Positions 23,143 to 35,800 of a stretch of DNA of 64,000 nucleotides are shown piece by piece. Every line of letters begins with the position of its first letter. Positions within the stretch are counted from its first letter, which is position 1. The position numbers and the translations under genes were made by a program. Under the pieces are notes generated by a model. It ran no database searches. It was not told the origin of the DNA and was given only the letters and a program-made list of their open reading frames with translations. The stretch is from Macrostomum lignano. Its lineage: Eukaryota. The DNA is taken from positions 868,001-932,000 of the forward strand of contig NIVC01000056.1 of NCBI GenBank assembly GCA_002269645.1, given 5' to 3'.

Positions 23143-24855
23143 ATGCCGATGAAGCTGGCCATCCTGGGAGCCACGGGCCCCACCGGGCTGCTGCTGGTAG
23201 ACCAGGCTCTCGCCAGGGGCCACCAGGTGGTCGCTGTGGTCCGCAGCCCGGATAAGCTGGGCTCTGACAGGCTGACACAGCCTGGCCTGACAGTCAAACA
23301 GGTGCCTGACATGTCGGCTGCCGCTGGAGAGGCCGAGCAGAAACAAGGGATTCTTCCCAACACTAAGAGGGATTCTTCTCAAGACTAAGGGATTCTTCCC
23401 AAGACTAAGGGATTCTTCCCAACACTAAGAGGGATTCTTCCCAAGACTAAGGGATTCTTCCCAACACTAAGAGGGATTCTTCCCAAGACTAAGGGATTCT
23501 TCCCAACACTAAGAGGGATTCTTCCCAAGACTAAGGGATTCTTTCCAAGACTAAAAGGGGTTTTCCCAAGACTAAAAGGGATTCTTCTCAACTTTAAGAG
23601 GGATTTTTTCCTTCAGATTCTCTGTTTGCTGCTCTTGTTTGGGGCTCGAATTCGTCCCGGTATGCGACCTCATTAATTTGGAGATGAGCGATTCAAACCC
23701 GTGACAGCCAACCTCCAAGACACAGGGAGTCTACATGCCTGAGGATTAGAAAGTCAAGGATGCTGTGTACACCGTGTGTGAGCGTGTTGTATAAGCGCCC
23801 TTGCATGTGCTCAGCAGTCAGCGGAATGGGCAGAATTGCCGTCAGCGCTGGCTGCGGGACGGTGTCACCGAAGGCGTTGCACCAGGGTGCCCTGCAGCCC
23901 AAATATATTATTTGCAGTACGCGTATCAATTGTTGAAATAATTATTGAGTTACTGCTTGTCTACTGTCAGTAATATACTTGACGTTTTATCAACTCGTAA
24001 CATTCATAGATCTGGTCATAGACAGTTTAGGTCATAGTTTGGTTCATAGACTAGGTCATAGGCAGTTTATGTCATAGACAGATTCGGTCATAGACAGATT
24101 AGGTCATAGGCAGTTTAGATCATAGACAGTTTAGGTCATAGACAGTTTATGTCATAGACAGTTTAGGTCATAGACAGTTTATGTCATAGACAGTTTGGTT
24201 CATAGACAGTTTGGTTCATAGACAGATTAGGTCATAGACAGTTTGGTTCATAGACAGTTTGGTTCATAGACAGTTTGGTTCATAGACAGATTAGGTTATA
24301 GACAGACCGGGTCGTAAGTCATGAGTAGTGCAATGGTCATCATGCTCAGATGTAAGATGCTCCAGCTTTGCTTCCTACATGTTGAAATCCGCAGGCTGCG
24401 ACGCGGTTCTGTCAGCCTTGGGCGCTCCGGGCAGCATGTTCCGCATCGACCTGATGACGGACGCTGTGCCAGCGATTGTGGCAGCCATGCGATCAGCCAA
24501 GGTGTCCCGGTTCATCCTGCTGACAGCGCAGTGCACTGTCTACCGTCCCGAGCACCCGAAGCTGGTCGAATGGCTGGTCAAGCCGCTGTTTATTGGTCGG
24601 AATCTGGCGGACTTCTGGCGTGCCGAGTGTCACTTGAATGAGCAGTGCTCCGACATCAACTTCACCGTGGTGAAGCCGCCCCGTTTAACCAATGAGCTGC
24701 TGGACGAGCAGCGAGAGGTGAAGGCTGCCGAAGGTCAGTTCGTGCCCGAAGGTACTGACAGGCGAATTTCCAGGGCCAACGTGGCCAAGTTCATGCTGGA
24801 CTGTGCCGAGTCTGATGAAGCCTGGTCCAAGAAGCTGGTGGCTATCCAGTTCTGA
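23143..24855 (+). pseudogene. NAD(P)H flavin reductase/BLVRB-like Rossmann protein, copy 1 (exon-1 donor missing)
   Basis: MKLAILGATGPTG glycine-rich motif. Exon 2 (24395-24855) is intact. Exon 1 runs directly into a GGGATTCTTCCCAA minisatellite at about 23345 and lacks the last codons and GT donor seen in copies 2 and 3. Confidence 0.65.
24010..24305. repeat. 16 bp minisatellite (GGTCATAGACAGTTTA); related arrays at 27020-28055 and 28720-29380
   Basis: Direct observation. Separate 20-22 bp GGGATTCTTCCCAAGACTAA arrays lie at 23345-23600 and 26035-26300. Confidence 0.95.
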
Positions 24856-25783
24856 ACGGTTTTTACGTCTTCTAGTAGAAAAAATGTTCTGCAGAAACAG
24901 TCAACTTTGATTTATTGGTGTTTGATTTAATTATGCAATTTACAAAATTTGATTCTTTATAATTTTTTTCTACCAATGAAAACGTTTTACATTTATGAAA
25001 TATTTTGATCGACGGATATTTTTTTAGCATAATTCATTGACAAAAATGTTTTTTTTCTAATAAATTTATCTGCGAATTAAAGCAACATAAATAGATATTG
25101 TTAATTTGTTTACATTTAATAAATTGATACAATATTTCGTATTTTATGTTGTGTTTCTTTTCTGCTTTCATCAGAGCGTACGATTGACATTATTAGAGAA
25201 GTTTTAAGGAGTTTTCTATTGCTTGATCATGGAGTCAAAATGATGACATCTGGATTGGAAACTTATCGTTTATAACAAAAATTGCTGAAGGCACATTGTC
25301 CAATAACCTGCAATGTGATGCAATACTGCACGCAGGCACACGCACTCATGCACACAATCACACCGGGTGTACAGCGGTCCTGGCTTTCTAATCAGGCATG
25401 TGCAGTTTAACACTGAGCTGCGGCGCCAACTCGCTACATCTCATGGGAATATCTAATTCATACGCTCATATACAAAAATTAATGGATTGACGTGTACATA
25501 TAACCTTTAACTTAATGTTCACACATGGTCATGGCTGACATTCTATTCACCGCTTAAGCCTCAGCTGGAGTTGTCATGGAATTTTTTAAATCTAACTATA
25601 AAACTGCTTAAAACATAACATAATTTGAGTAAACCACCTGCTAATGTAAACTGATTGCTTAAACGCGGCCTCTGTGAATCAACATGAGCTGTCGATTTTT
25701 CAGTGAAGCCACTTTTGCCTCGAGAAATTCAATAAATAAAAGCAGCAATTAAATAAAAGTACTTTTCTTCAAGTGCCAACAAG

Positions 25784-26798
25784 ATGCCGATGAAGCTGGC
25801 CATCCTGGGAGCCACGGGCCCCACCGGGTTGCTGCTGGTAGACCAGGCACTTGCCAGGGGCCACCAGGTGGTCGCTGTGGTCCGCAGCCCGGATAAGCTG
25901 GGCTCTGACAGGCTGACACAGCCTGGCCTGACAGTCAAACAGGTGCCTGACATGTCGGCTGCCGCTGGAGAGGCCGAGCAGAAACTTCTGGCTGAGGCCT
26001 ACGAGGGTATGTGGCTCAGCTTCTTCCCGACTAGCTGGATTCTTCCCAAAATTAAAAGGGATTCTTCCCAACACTAAGGGGATTCTTCCCAAAATTAAAA
26101 GGGATTCTTCCCAACACTAAGGGGATTCTTCCCAAAATAAAAAAAAATTCTTCCCAACACTAAGGGGATTCTTCCCAAGACTAAGGGATTCTTCCCAACG
26201 CTAAGGGATTCTTCCCAACACTAGGTTAAAGGATTCTTCCACAAAGCTAAGGGATTCTAATTTCCAACACTACCTGGATTCTTCCCAACTAGGGATTCTT
26301 CCTCAAAGATCATCAATCGTATGCTTTTAGCTTTTCTTAATATATTTACTTAATGCTTCTACTACTCGTAGTAATATGTGTCGCATGGTTTGTTACTATC
26401 AAACTTTCGCAGGCTGCGACGCGGTTCTGTCAGCCTTGGGCGCCACAGTCAGCCTGTTCCGCATCGACCTGATGACGGACGCTGTGCCAGCAATTGTGGC
26501 AGCCATGCGATCAGCCAAGGTGTCCCGGTTCATCCTGCTGACAGCGCAGTGCACCGTCTACCGTCCCGAGTGTCACTTGAATGAGCAGTGCTCCGACATC
26601 AACTTCACCGTGGTGAAGCCGCCAGGTTTGTCCAACCAGCCGCTGGACGAGCAGAGAGAGATGAAGGCTGCCGAAGGGCAATTCGTACCGGATGCTTCGG
26701 AGCTTTACGTACCTAGAGCCAACGTGGCCAAGTTCATGCTGGACTGTGCCGAGTCTGATGAAGCCTGGTCCAAGAAGCTGGTGGCTATCCAGTACTAA
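25784..26798 (+). CDS. Flavin reductase/BLVRB-like copy 2 with an in-frame 75-bp deletion
   Basis: Exons 25784-26006 and 26413-26798 (phase 1). It reads VYRPE|CHLNEQ and lacks HPKLVEWLVKPLFIGRNLADFWRAE. Confidence 0.75.
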
Positions 26799-28264
26799 TG
26801 AACTGAATATATTCATTGATTTTTCAGTTAATGCCAATTTTTTATCAGGTCACAATAACAATAGACCGTAATGATTATTATTATTTAATTTCGATTTTAG
26901 TTGTCATCAATCATAGGCCTTTTTTATATATGAGAAATTCGGCTGTTTGTCGACTTTTTAAATCGTTTACCCTACTGCAAAAACAGATTTATCGCTCTCA
27001 TTTAATAAGTACATGTTGAGCCAGATAGACAGGTTGGGTCATAGATAGGTTAGGTCACACGCAGATTAGGTCATAGACAGATTCGGTCATAGACAGGTTA
27101 GTTCATAGACAGATTAGGTCATAGACAGATTAGGTCATAGACAGATTAGGTCATAGACAGGTTCGTTCATAGACAGATTAGGTCATAGACAGATTAGGTC
27201 ATAGACAGATTAGGTCATAGACAGGTTAGTTCATAGACAGATTAGGTCATAGACAGATTAGGTCATAGACAGATTAGGTCATAGACAGATTAGGTCATAG
27301 ACAGATTAGGTCATAGACAGATTAGTTTATAGACAGATAAGCTCATAGACAAATTAGGTCACAGACAGATTCGGTCATAGACTGATTAGGTCATAGACAG
27401 ATTCGTTCATTGACAAGTTCGTTCATAGACAGGTTAGTTCATAGACAGGTTAGTTCATAGACAGATTAGGTCATAGACAGATTAGGTCATAGACAGATTA
27501 GGTCATAGACAGATTAGGTCATAGACAGGTTAGTTCATAGACAGATTAGGTCATAGACAGATTAGGTCATAGACAGATTAGGTCATAGACAGATTAGGTC
27601 ATAGACAGATTAGGTCATAGACAGATTAGGTCATAGACAGATTAGGTCATAGACAGGTTAGTTTATAGACAGATAAGCTCATAGACAAATTAGGTCACAG
27701 ACAGATTCGGTCATAGACTGATTAGGTCATAGACAGATTCGTTCATTGACAAGTTCGTTCATAGACAGGTTAGTTCATAGACAGGTTAGTTCATAGACAG
27801 ATTAGGTCATAGACAGATTAGGTCATAGACAGATTAGGTCATAGACAGATTAGGTCATAGACAGGTTAGTTCATAGACAGATAAGGTCATAGACAAATTA
27901 GGTCACAGACAGATTCGGTCATAGACAGATTAGGTCATAGACAGATTCGGTCATAGACAAGTTCGTTCATAGACAGGTTAGTTCATAGACAGATTAGGTC
28001 ATAGACAGATTCGGTCATGACAGATTAGGTTATAGACAGATTCGGTCATAGACAGTCAGTCGTACGATAAGATTCGTTCATGAACCGATTAAACCAGTAA
28101 ATTCACCTTTCGATTTAAAAAAATGCAAAACAATTTCTAAATGCTTGCTCGGCTTAACTAACCAATTCATGCAACTCTGCTGCAGACGAACTCCATCAAA
28201 TCGAAGCCCTACGTTCAGCTAATCAGTCAATAAACTCTAATTTTTTTCTTAAATCTGATATAAA

Positions 28265-29932
28265 ATGGCGATGAAGCTTGCCATCCTGGGAGCCACGGGC
28301 CCCACTGGGTTGCTGCTGGTAGATCAGGCACTTGCCAGGGGCCACCAGGTGGTCGCTGTGGTCCGCAGCCCGGATAAGCTGGGCTCTGACAGGCTGACAC
28401 AGCCTGGCCTGACAGTCAAACAGGTGCCTGACATGTCGGCTGCCGCTGGAGAGGCCGAGCAGAAACTTCTGGCTGAGGCCTTCGATGGTTGGTTGATTTT
28501 CTGTATAGCTTGTGCTGTGTTTGGTTGGGTAGATTTGGTCAAAGACTTGCTCATTCATTTGGTCATAAATAGATTTGGAAAAATAGATTTGACGATTGAT
28601 ACAATTGGTCATAAAAAACTTGTTCATAGATAGATTTCGTCATTGATAGGTTCGATCATAAATAGATTTATGCATGCTTAAAATTATTCATTGGTCATAA
28701 AATAGATTCGGTAATTGATAGATCTGGTCATAGACAGTTAAGGTCATAGACAGTTTAGGTCATAGACAGTTTAGGTCATAGACAGTTTAGGTCATAGACA
28801 GTTTAGGTCATAGACAGTTTTTTTTATTAGAGGCAGGGGGGTTGTGTGCAACCTGGCGCACTTTAAGCGACATAGGCACACAACCGGCGAGAGGCATTAC
28901 TGCCCATTCCGCCGACTCCCCTGAGCAGGCATACAAGCGCGCGGATACGTACGCAGGCACACACTCACACAGGAGCCTAGACAGTTTAGGTCATAGACAG
29001 TTTAGGTCATAGACAGATTAGGTCATAGACAGTTTAGGTCATAGACAGTTTAGGTCAGACAGTTTAGGTCATAGAAAGTTTAGGTCATAGACAGTTTATA
29101 ACATAGACAGATTAGGTCATAGACAGTTTAGGTCATAGATAGTTTAGGTCATAGACAGTTTGGTTCATAGACAGTTTGATTCATAGACAGTTTAGGTCAT
29201 AGACAGTTTAGGTCATAGACAGTTTAGGTCATAGACAGTTTAGGTCATAGACAGTTTAGGTCATAGACAGTTTAGGTCATAGACAGATTAGGTCATAGGC
29301 AGTTTAGGTCATAGATAGTTTAGGTCATAGACAGTTTGGTTCATAGAAAGTTTGGTTCATCGACAGTTTAGGTCATAGACAGACCGGGTCGTAAGTCATG
29401 AGTGGTGCAATGTGCATCATGCTCAGATCTCAGATGCTCCAGCTTTGCTTCCTACATGTTGAAATCCGCAGGCTGCGACGCGGTTCTGTCAGCCCTGGGC
29501 GCCACAGTCAGCCTGTTCCGCATCGACCTGATGACGGACGCTGTGCCAGCAATCGTGACAGCCATGCGATCAGCCAAGGTGTCCCGGTTCATCCTGCTGA
29601 CAGCGCAGTGCACCGTCTATCGTCCCGAGCACCCGAAGCTGGTCGAATGGCTGATCAAGCCGCTTCTAATCGGCCGAAACATGGACGACTTTTGGCGCGC
29701 TGAGTGTCACCTGACTGAACAGTGCTCCGACATCAACTTCACCGTGGTGAAGCCGCCAGGTTTAACCAATGAGCCGCTGGACGAGCAGAGAGAGTTGAAA
29801 GCTGCCGAAGGGCAATTCGTGCCGGAAGCTGCTGACAGACGAATGTCCAGGGCTAACGTGGCCAAGTTCATGCTGGACTGTGCCGAGTCTGATGAAGCCT
29901 GGTCCAAGAAGCTGGTTGCTATCCAGTTTTAA
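28265..29932 (+). CDS. Flavin reductase/BLVRB-like copy 3 (intact)
   Basis: Exons 28265-28487 and 29472-29932 (phase 1 GT-AG) give a complete NAD_binding_10-type sequence ending ISRA/MSRA.VAKFML..AI.F. Confidence 0.88.
28818..28975 (-). mobile_element. 5'-truncated polyadenylated retroposed copy of the SINE-like family, inserted in a minisatellite
   Basis: Reverse complement of the 3' part of 31240-31520, ending CCTGCCTCTAATAAAAAAA and flanked by TAGACAGTTT. Confidence 0.75.
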
Positions 29933-30052
29933 AAGAACTTGTTGTCCTTTTTGACAAACGATTTGTGTCGTGAAGTTCTTACGTTCCGTTTTGTTTTAAA
30001 TAATAGACGCGAAGAATAACGCTACGAATCTCCATTTGGTTTAGTTTGAAGA

Positions 30053-30669
30053 TACTAAAATAACTGGATGGGCCACTCAGGCATATATACTTGGTAAAAC
30101 AGCTTTCTATATACTTTCAGTTCAGTAGCAAAGAAGAATGCATAAGCTAATTTTATAAAAATAAAGGCAGCTGAAATGACTTTGAGAAGCCCCAAGCTTT
30201 GTAGGCGTAAACAACTTGCTAATTGGTTGAGCAATAATGTACATTAGCCAGTCCACTAAAATGTACATTGCAGCTTTTGGCTGGAATTCCGAGAAGGGCA
30301 ATAAAAATTGGGGCGGGGCGGGGGGTAGTGTGGAAAGGCGCAGTTGTAGGGTTTAAGCTAGGCGGTATAGGGCTGAAATTCCGAGAAGGCAATAAAAAAT
30401 AGGGGCGGGCGGGGGGTAGTGTGGAAAGGCGCAGTTGTAGGGTTTAAGCTAGGCGGTATAGGCTGGAATTCCGAGAAAGGCAATAAAAATTGGGGCGGGG
30501 CGGGGGGTAGTGTGGAAAACGCGGTTGTAGGGTTTAAGCTAGGCGGTAGGAGCCAATAAAATGAGCTTTGGCTTTAAAAATATAGTAAAATGCTTCTGTT
30601 TAACTTGCTACTGAACTGAAAGTAGCTTAAACACAAATGTGCTTAGTGGCCCATCTAGTTATTCTAGTA
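30053..30669. mobile_element. Fold-back element containing three G-rich units of about 90 bp
   Basis: Inverted arm segments ATAACTGGATGGGCCACT / AGTGGCCCATCTAGTTAT and ACTTTCAGTTCAGTAGCAA / TTGCTACTGAACTGAAAGT. Internal units start at about 30280, 30371 and 30461. Confidence 0.65.
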
Positions 30670-31239
30670 CTTTGTGGTTTTTAAAAAACTTGTCCTTTTT
30701 CGACTGACAATGTGCTTCACAAAGTTCTTACGTTCATTAAAAAAGTAACGAATCTCTACTTTAACTCTAACAGCTAATTCTAACAGCTCGAATCTCTAAC
30801 AGCAAATTTTATTTCTACATTTTATTGTGTGTTTTATTGAATACAATTCTAACTAATATCCGTTTTTGGAAAATCTTATTATTATTTTTATTAATGCTGG
30901 TTTTTGTATTTTATGCTTATTAGAATTAGTTGAACTAATTCATACAACGAAAGAAATATGCTCATGGTAGTTTTATCCTAACATGTGTAATGTTTTTGAT
31001 GAATTCTACTAGAATTTTCACTGTCTCGATCTTCTTGGGTCATAAGGTACAATACGAGTACTTTAGCCTTTGTAGTATTTAAGGTTTTTAAGATGGAAAA
31101 TTTTAAGCACTTTTAAAAACTGTCTCTTTCTCCAGTTAAGGTCCATGCTTATTGTTAAAATTCATGCGTTGAAAGCAGACGGGGGCAGTTCCGCGCCATT
31201 CAAGTGGTCTCTGATGTGCCAGCGGCCCAGGCTCGATTT

Positions 31240-31520
31240 CAAGTGCAGTCGCATTAATTTGGGGCTAAATTGGAATCTCGCCCCTGCAGCTTGAGGCCCA
31301 ACCCCCAAGGCACAGTGAAGTGTACATGCCTAACGATAAATAAAGTTAGGGCCGCTGTACACTCCTGTGTGAGAGTGTGCCTGTGCGTATGACTGCGTAC
31401 GTATCCGCGCGCTTGTGTGCCTGCTCAGGGGAGTCGGCGGAATGGGGGCAGCAATGCCTCTCGCCGGTTGTGTGACAATGTCGCTTGAAGTGCGCCAGGG
31501 TGCACACGGGCCCTGCCATA
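31240..31520 (+). mobile_element. Longest copy of the SINE/LINE-3'-end-like dispersed repeat
   Basis: Matches 6040-6268 and 28818-28975; more diverged relatives at about 23700-23900 (+) and 25325-25430 (-). Confidence 0.75.
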
Positions 31521-32295
31521 ATTCAGTCTTTATATCGGGTTCTGTAACAAGGCTAATAAGCGCAATAAGCTGCTATAAAATACAAAATTAAAAGTTCAAT
31601 ATATATTGTTAATCCTGATTAATCCAGATAATCCACCGTCAAGGTAAAAATCGTCGTATTCAACAAGACTGCAATTGATTTTAATTTATCTAAATTGTTT
31701 GATTTTTGAAGGGTAAACATTTTGTGGTTAAAACATCCGGAAACGATTCAATATAGTTACTGATCCTAATTTGGACGTATTAATGAATGGATATTTGATT
31801 ACCGGTATGTCTTCAGTACATCTTGACCTTCTCCAACGCTGGTATCTGAGACACCCGGGATCCTGTTGCGATATAGCTAGTACTCGTAATATAATATGCT
31901 TCTATATAAGCATGGTGTATGCTTTTAGGCTAAGTAATAACAGTGTGATATCATCTACAATACTTCTCGTAAGAAAATAGAGAAATTCACATATCTATTA
32001 GGGAAAGGCTTCTTCCAATCCATGTGTCTTTTAAGAGATTTCTAGAGACTACTATAGCTTTATGGCGTCCATGACAGTGGCAATCTGCGTTAGTGGAATC
32101 TCTGGAGCTTGCTGAATCATGTTTAAACATTTGCTTTCCAGACTGTGGACTGTCCTTGCGTTCGAATCCTGAATGAGAAGCAACAGAGACCCTGTCAATC
32201 AAAGTTTAGTGAATGAAACCCAGCTGCTTCATTTAATGCGACTCAGTCAAAAAAAATTTAGGGAAGCCAATTGAAAATGTTTCTTGCTGAACTGC

Positions 32296-32777
32296 TCAAG
32301 TGTATTTGAGGTGTGGGAAACTGGTAGGAATGCTTTTAGTTTTTGCAAGCTGATGGCTGTTGTCGTTTGACAGGAGCACGCAGTCCTGATTCCCGTTGCT
32401 GTTCGGCATCCCGCGTGCCCACAGCATGTCGTCCAGCGGCAGAATTCCCTTGTCGTTGACCGTCTGCCAGCCTGACCGAGATGCCAGTCGCTCGTCCGCG
32501 AGGTCGGTCACTCCGAGCCACAACTGGCCCGAGTTGTACATGCTCGGCATGTTGCTGAGCAGCTTCAGCGTCTCATACGAGTTGATGAGCTCGCCTCCGA
32601 TCGCTGCGCACTGTCGGTTGGCCTCGCACCAGGTGAAATCTTTAGAATCGTTCACGAAGATGCACACTTGCCGGCCTCGATGTTGAACGGTGAAGGGCAC
32701 GCGGCTTGCTGCTGGGACAAGCCAACTTGCAGAAGCAGCACTACAAGAATGATCAGAAGAATTCGAGCTTCATCCAT
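32296..32777 (-). pseudogene. Secreted C-type lectin domain gene, frameshifted and apparently C-terminally truncated
   Basis: Signal peptide MDEARILLIILVVLLLQVGLS then CPSPF. A -1 shift near 32667 joins it to VCIFV..TWCEANRQCAAIGGEL..LWLGVTD..WARGMPN..QDCVLL. The terminal WND..C segment is absent. Confidence 0.65.
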
Positions 32778-32889
32778 AGCAACTAAAGCGCAAACTGGAG
32801 ATGCAGGGATGCACACACTTTCTAACGAAGAGAATGCTGAAGACACAGATCAGCTATAAAACACACGAAATATTAATCTATAGTAAATA

Positions 32890-35800
32890 CTAGCAATCTA
32901 CGCCCCCGTTGGGGAGCCAAAGAAATGCAATACACGTTTTTTTAATAAGCTACATGTATCCTTGAAATCTTAAAAAATCTCCTGTCAAACCTTGTAAGCC
33001 TTGACATGTCAGTTATCCCCCCCCACAAGCTTTAACATCTCAACTTCCCCCCTTGACATCTTAGCAATGCCCCCAATAAGCCTTGGAAATCTAAAAATAT
33101 CTGTCAACCTTCTAACACTAACCCTAGCCTAACCCTAACCCTAACCCTAACCCTAACCCTAACCTAACCCTAAAGCATTGAAATTTCAGTAATTCTCTCT
33201 AAGAGTCATTATAGCACTACTACAGCATTATAGCGATTACTTTCAAGCCTCGACATCGTAGGGATTCCCAAATGAATCTCTTAACTTCGACATGAAGCTT
33301 CTTTTATTTTTTACATTACGCTTTTTTTATCAGCGATCCCTCCCCTGAGGAGGCATCAAATAATGTAATAAAAAGTTTTCAATAAACTACATGTAGCTTC
33401 TGACTTTAGCCTTGAAATCTCATTTATACCCCCGTGAGCCTTGACATCTCAGCTATTCCCCCCGTAAGCCTTGACATGTCAGCAATGGCCCCCATAAACC
33501 TTGAAATCTAAAAAATCCCCTGTTAACCTTGAAACCCGATAAATATAACCCTCAACCCACACCTGACCTAAACCTAACTTTAACCCAACCTAAAGCCTTG
33601 AAATCTCAGCAATTCTTCTCCCCTAAGCCTTGACATTTTAGTGATTCTTTCTTTAAGAATCACAGCACTATAACGATTTCCACCAAGCTTTGACATCGTA
33701 GCAATTCCCAAATGAATCTTTTAACTTCGACATGACTTTTCTTTTATGTATACATAGTGCTACTTTTATTTTTTACATGACTTTTCTTCTATCAGCGCCC
33801 CCCCGTGACGAGCCAACAAAGAATGCAATAAAAAAATGGAGTAAAGTACATGAACTTTGAAGTAGCTTCTGACTTTTGCTTTGACATCTCAGAAACCCCC
33901 CCGTAATCTCAGTTATTCTCTGAGAGCCTTGACGTCTCAGTTTTTCTCCCCAGCACAGCATTATAGTTGCATTTAATTTTTACATGAACCCTTCATGTCT
34001 GACATGACGTTTCTTTTATTCTGTAAAGAAGGTTGATGCAGATAAAGAGCAAAGGCGGTGGCTCTGTGTTTGCTGTATGAACAGAATCACTTAAAGAGTT
34101 GAAGTACTTAGGTTACGTTTATTTATAGTACTGAACTGAGTATAACCGGAAATTTCTAGAAGTTTCGTTAGTTACAACAAAATTAAATATTCTAAATGCT
34201 ATTACGTAGCACTGCTGTACAAATGCATTAATAAATATTACAACAATAAATTTTATACTTAATATTTAGAAGTAAAACTAACATTTGATTAAACTAAAGG
34301 AAATTTCTGGAATGAACTTTAACTTGCACTACAAAAAGTAATTTCTCGAAGATTCTAATTCTAAAAATAAATATTGCGCGATACGTACTTTCTAAAATTG
34401 ATGCTTTTACGCTACAATTCTACCGTGACGCTTCTTAATTTTTTAAATGACACATTCATTAGTTTTAAATGAGGCTTCTATGATTTTTTCTTGACGCTTC
34501 TATGATTTTTACATGACGCTTCTATGATTGTTTACATGACGCTTCTATGATTTTTTACATGACGCTTCTATGATTGTTTACATGACGCTTCTATGATTGT
34601 TTACATGACGCTTCTACGATTTTTTACATGACGCTTCTATGATTTTTACATGACGCTTCTATGATTTTTTACATGACGCTTCTATGATTGTTTACATGAC
34701 GCTTCTATGATTTTTTACATGACGCTTCTATGATTGTTTACATGACGCTTCTATGATTGTTTACATGACGCTTCTATGATTGTTTACATGACGCTTCTAC
34801 GATTTTTTACATGACGCTTCTATGATTGTTTACATGACGCTTCTATGATTTTTTACATGACGCTTCTATGATTGTTTACATGACGCTTCTATGATTGTTT
34901 ACATGACGCTTCTACGATTTTTTACATGACGCTTCTATGATTGTTTACATGACGCTTCTATGATTTTTTACATGACGCTTCTATGATTGTTTACATGACG
35001 CTTCTATGATTTTTTACATGACGCTTCTATGATTGTTTACATGACGCTTCTATGATTGTTTACATGACGCTTCTATGATTGTTTACATGACGCTTCTACG
35101 ATTTTTTACATGACGCTTCTATGATTGTTTACATGACGCTTCTATGATTTTTTAATGACGCTTCTATGATTGTTTACATGACGCTTCTATGATTGTTTAC
35201 ATGACGCTTCTATGATTTTTTCATGACGCTTCTGTGATTGTTTACATGACGCTTCTATGATTGTTTACATGATGCTTTTATGATTGCTTACATGACGCTT
35301 CTATGATTGTTTACATGACGCTTCTATGATTGTTTACATGACGCTTCTATGATTGCTTACATGACGCTTCTATGATTGTTTACATGACTCTTCTATGATT
35401 TTTTACATGACGCTTCTATGGTTGTTTACATGACGCTTCTATGATTTTTACATGACGCTTCTATGATTTTTTATATGACGCTTCTATGATTTTTTTAAAT
35501 GATGCATCTATGATTTTTATATGACGCTTCTATGATTTTTTACATGACGCTTCTATGATTGTTTACATGACGCTTCCATGATTTTTTAAATGACGCATCT
35601 ATGATTTTTGCATGACGCTTTTATGATTTTTTCAATGACGCTTCTACGATTTTTTACATGACGCTTCTATGATTGTTTACATGACGCTTCTATGATTGTT
35701 TACATGACGCTTCTATGATTGTTTACATGACGCTTCTATGATTTTTTTACATGACGCTTCTATAATTGTTTACATGACGCTTCTATGATTTTTTACATGA

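Noticed and set aside
22546-23143. Operon or SL trans-splicing link between nucleolin and flavin reductase copy 1
   Set aside because: Close spacing and an upstream TTTCAG are suggestive, but sequence alone cannot establish it.
33120-33172. True telomere or chromosome-fusion site
   Set aside because: The tracts are only about 50 bp and sit at the same position within each repeat unit.
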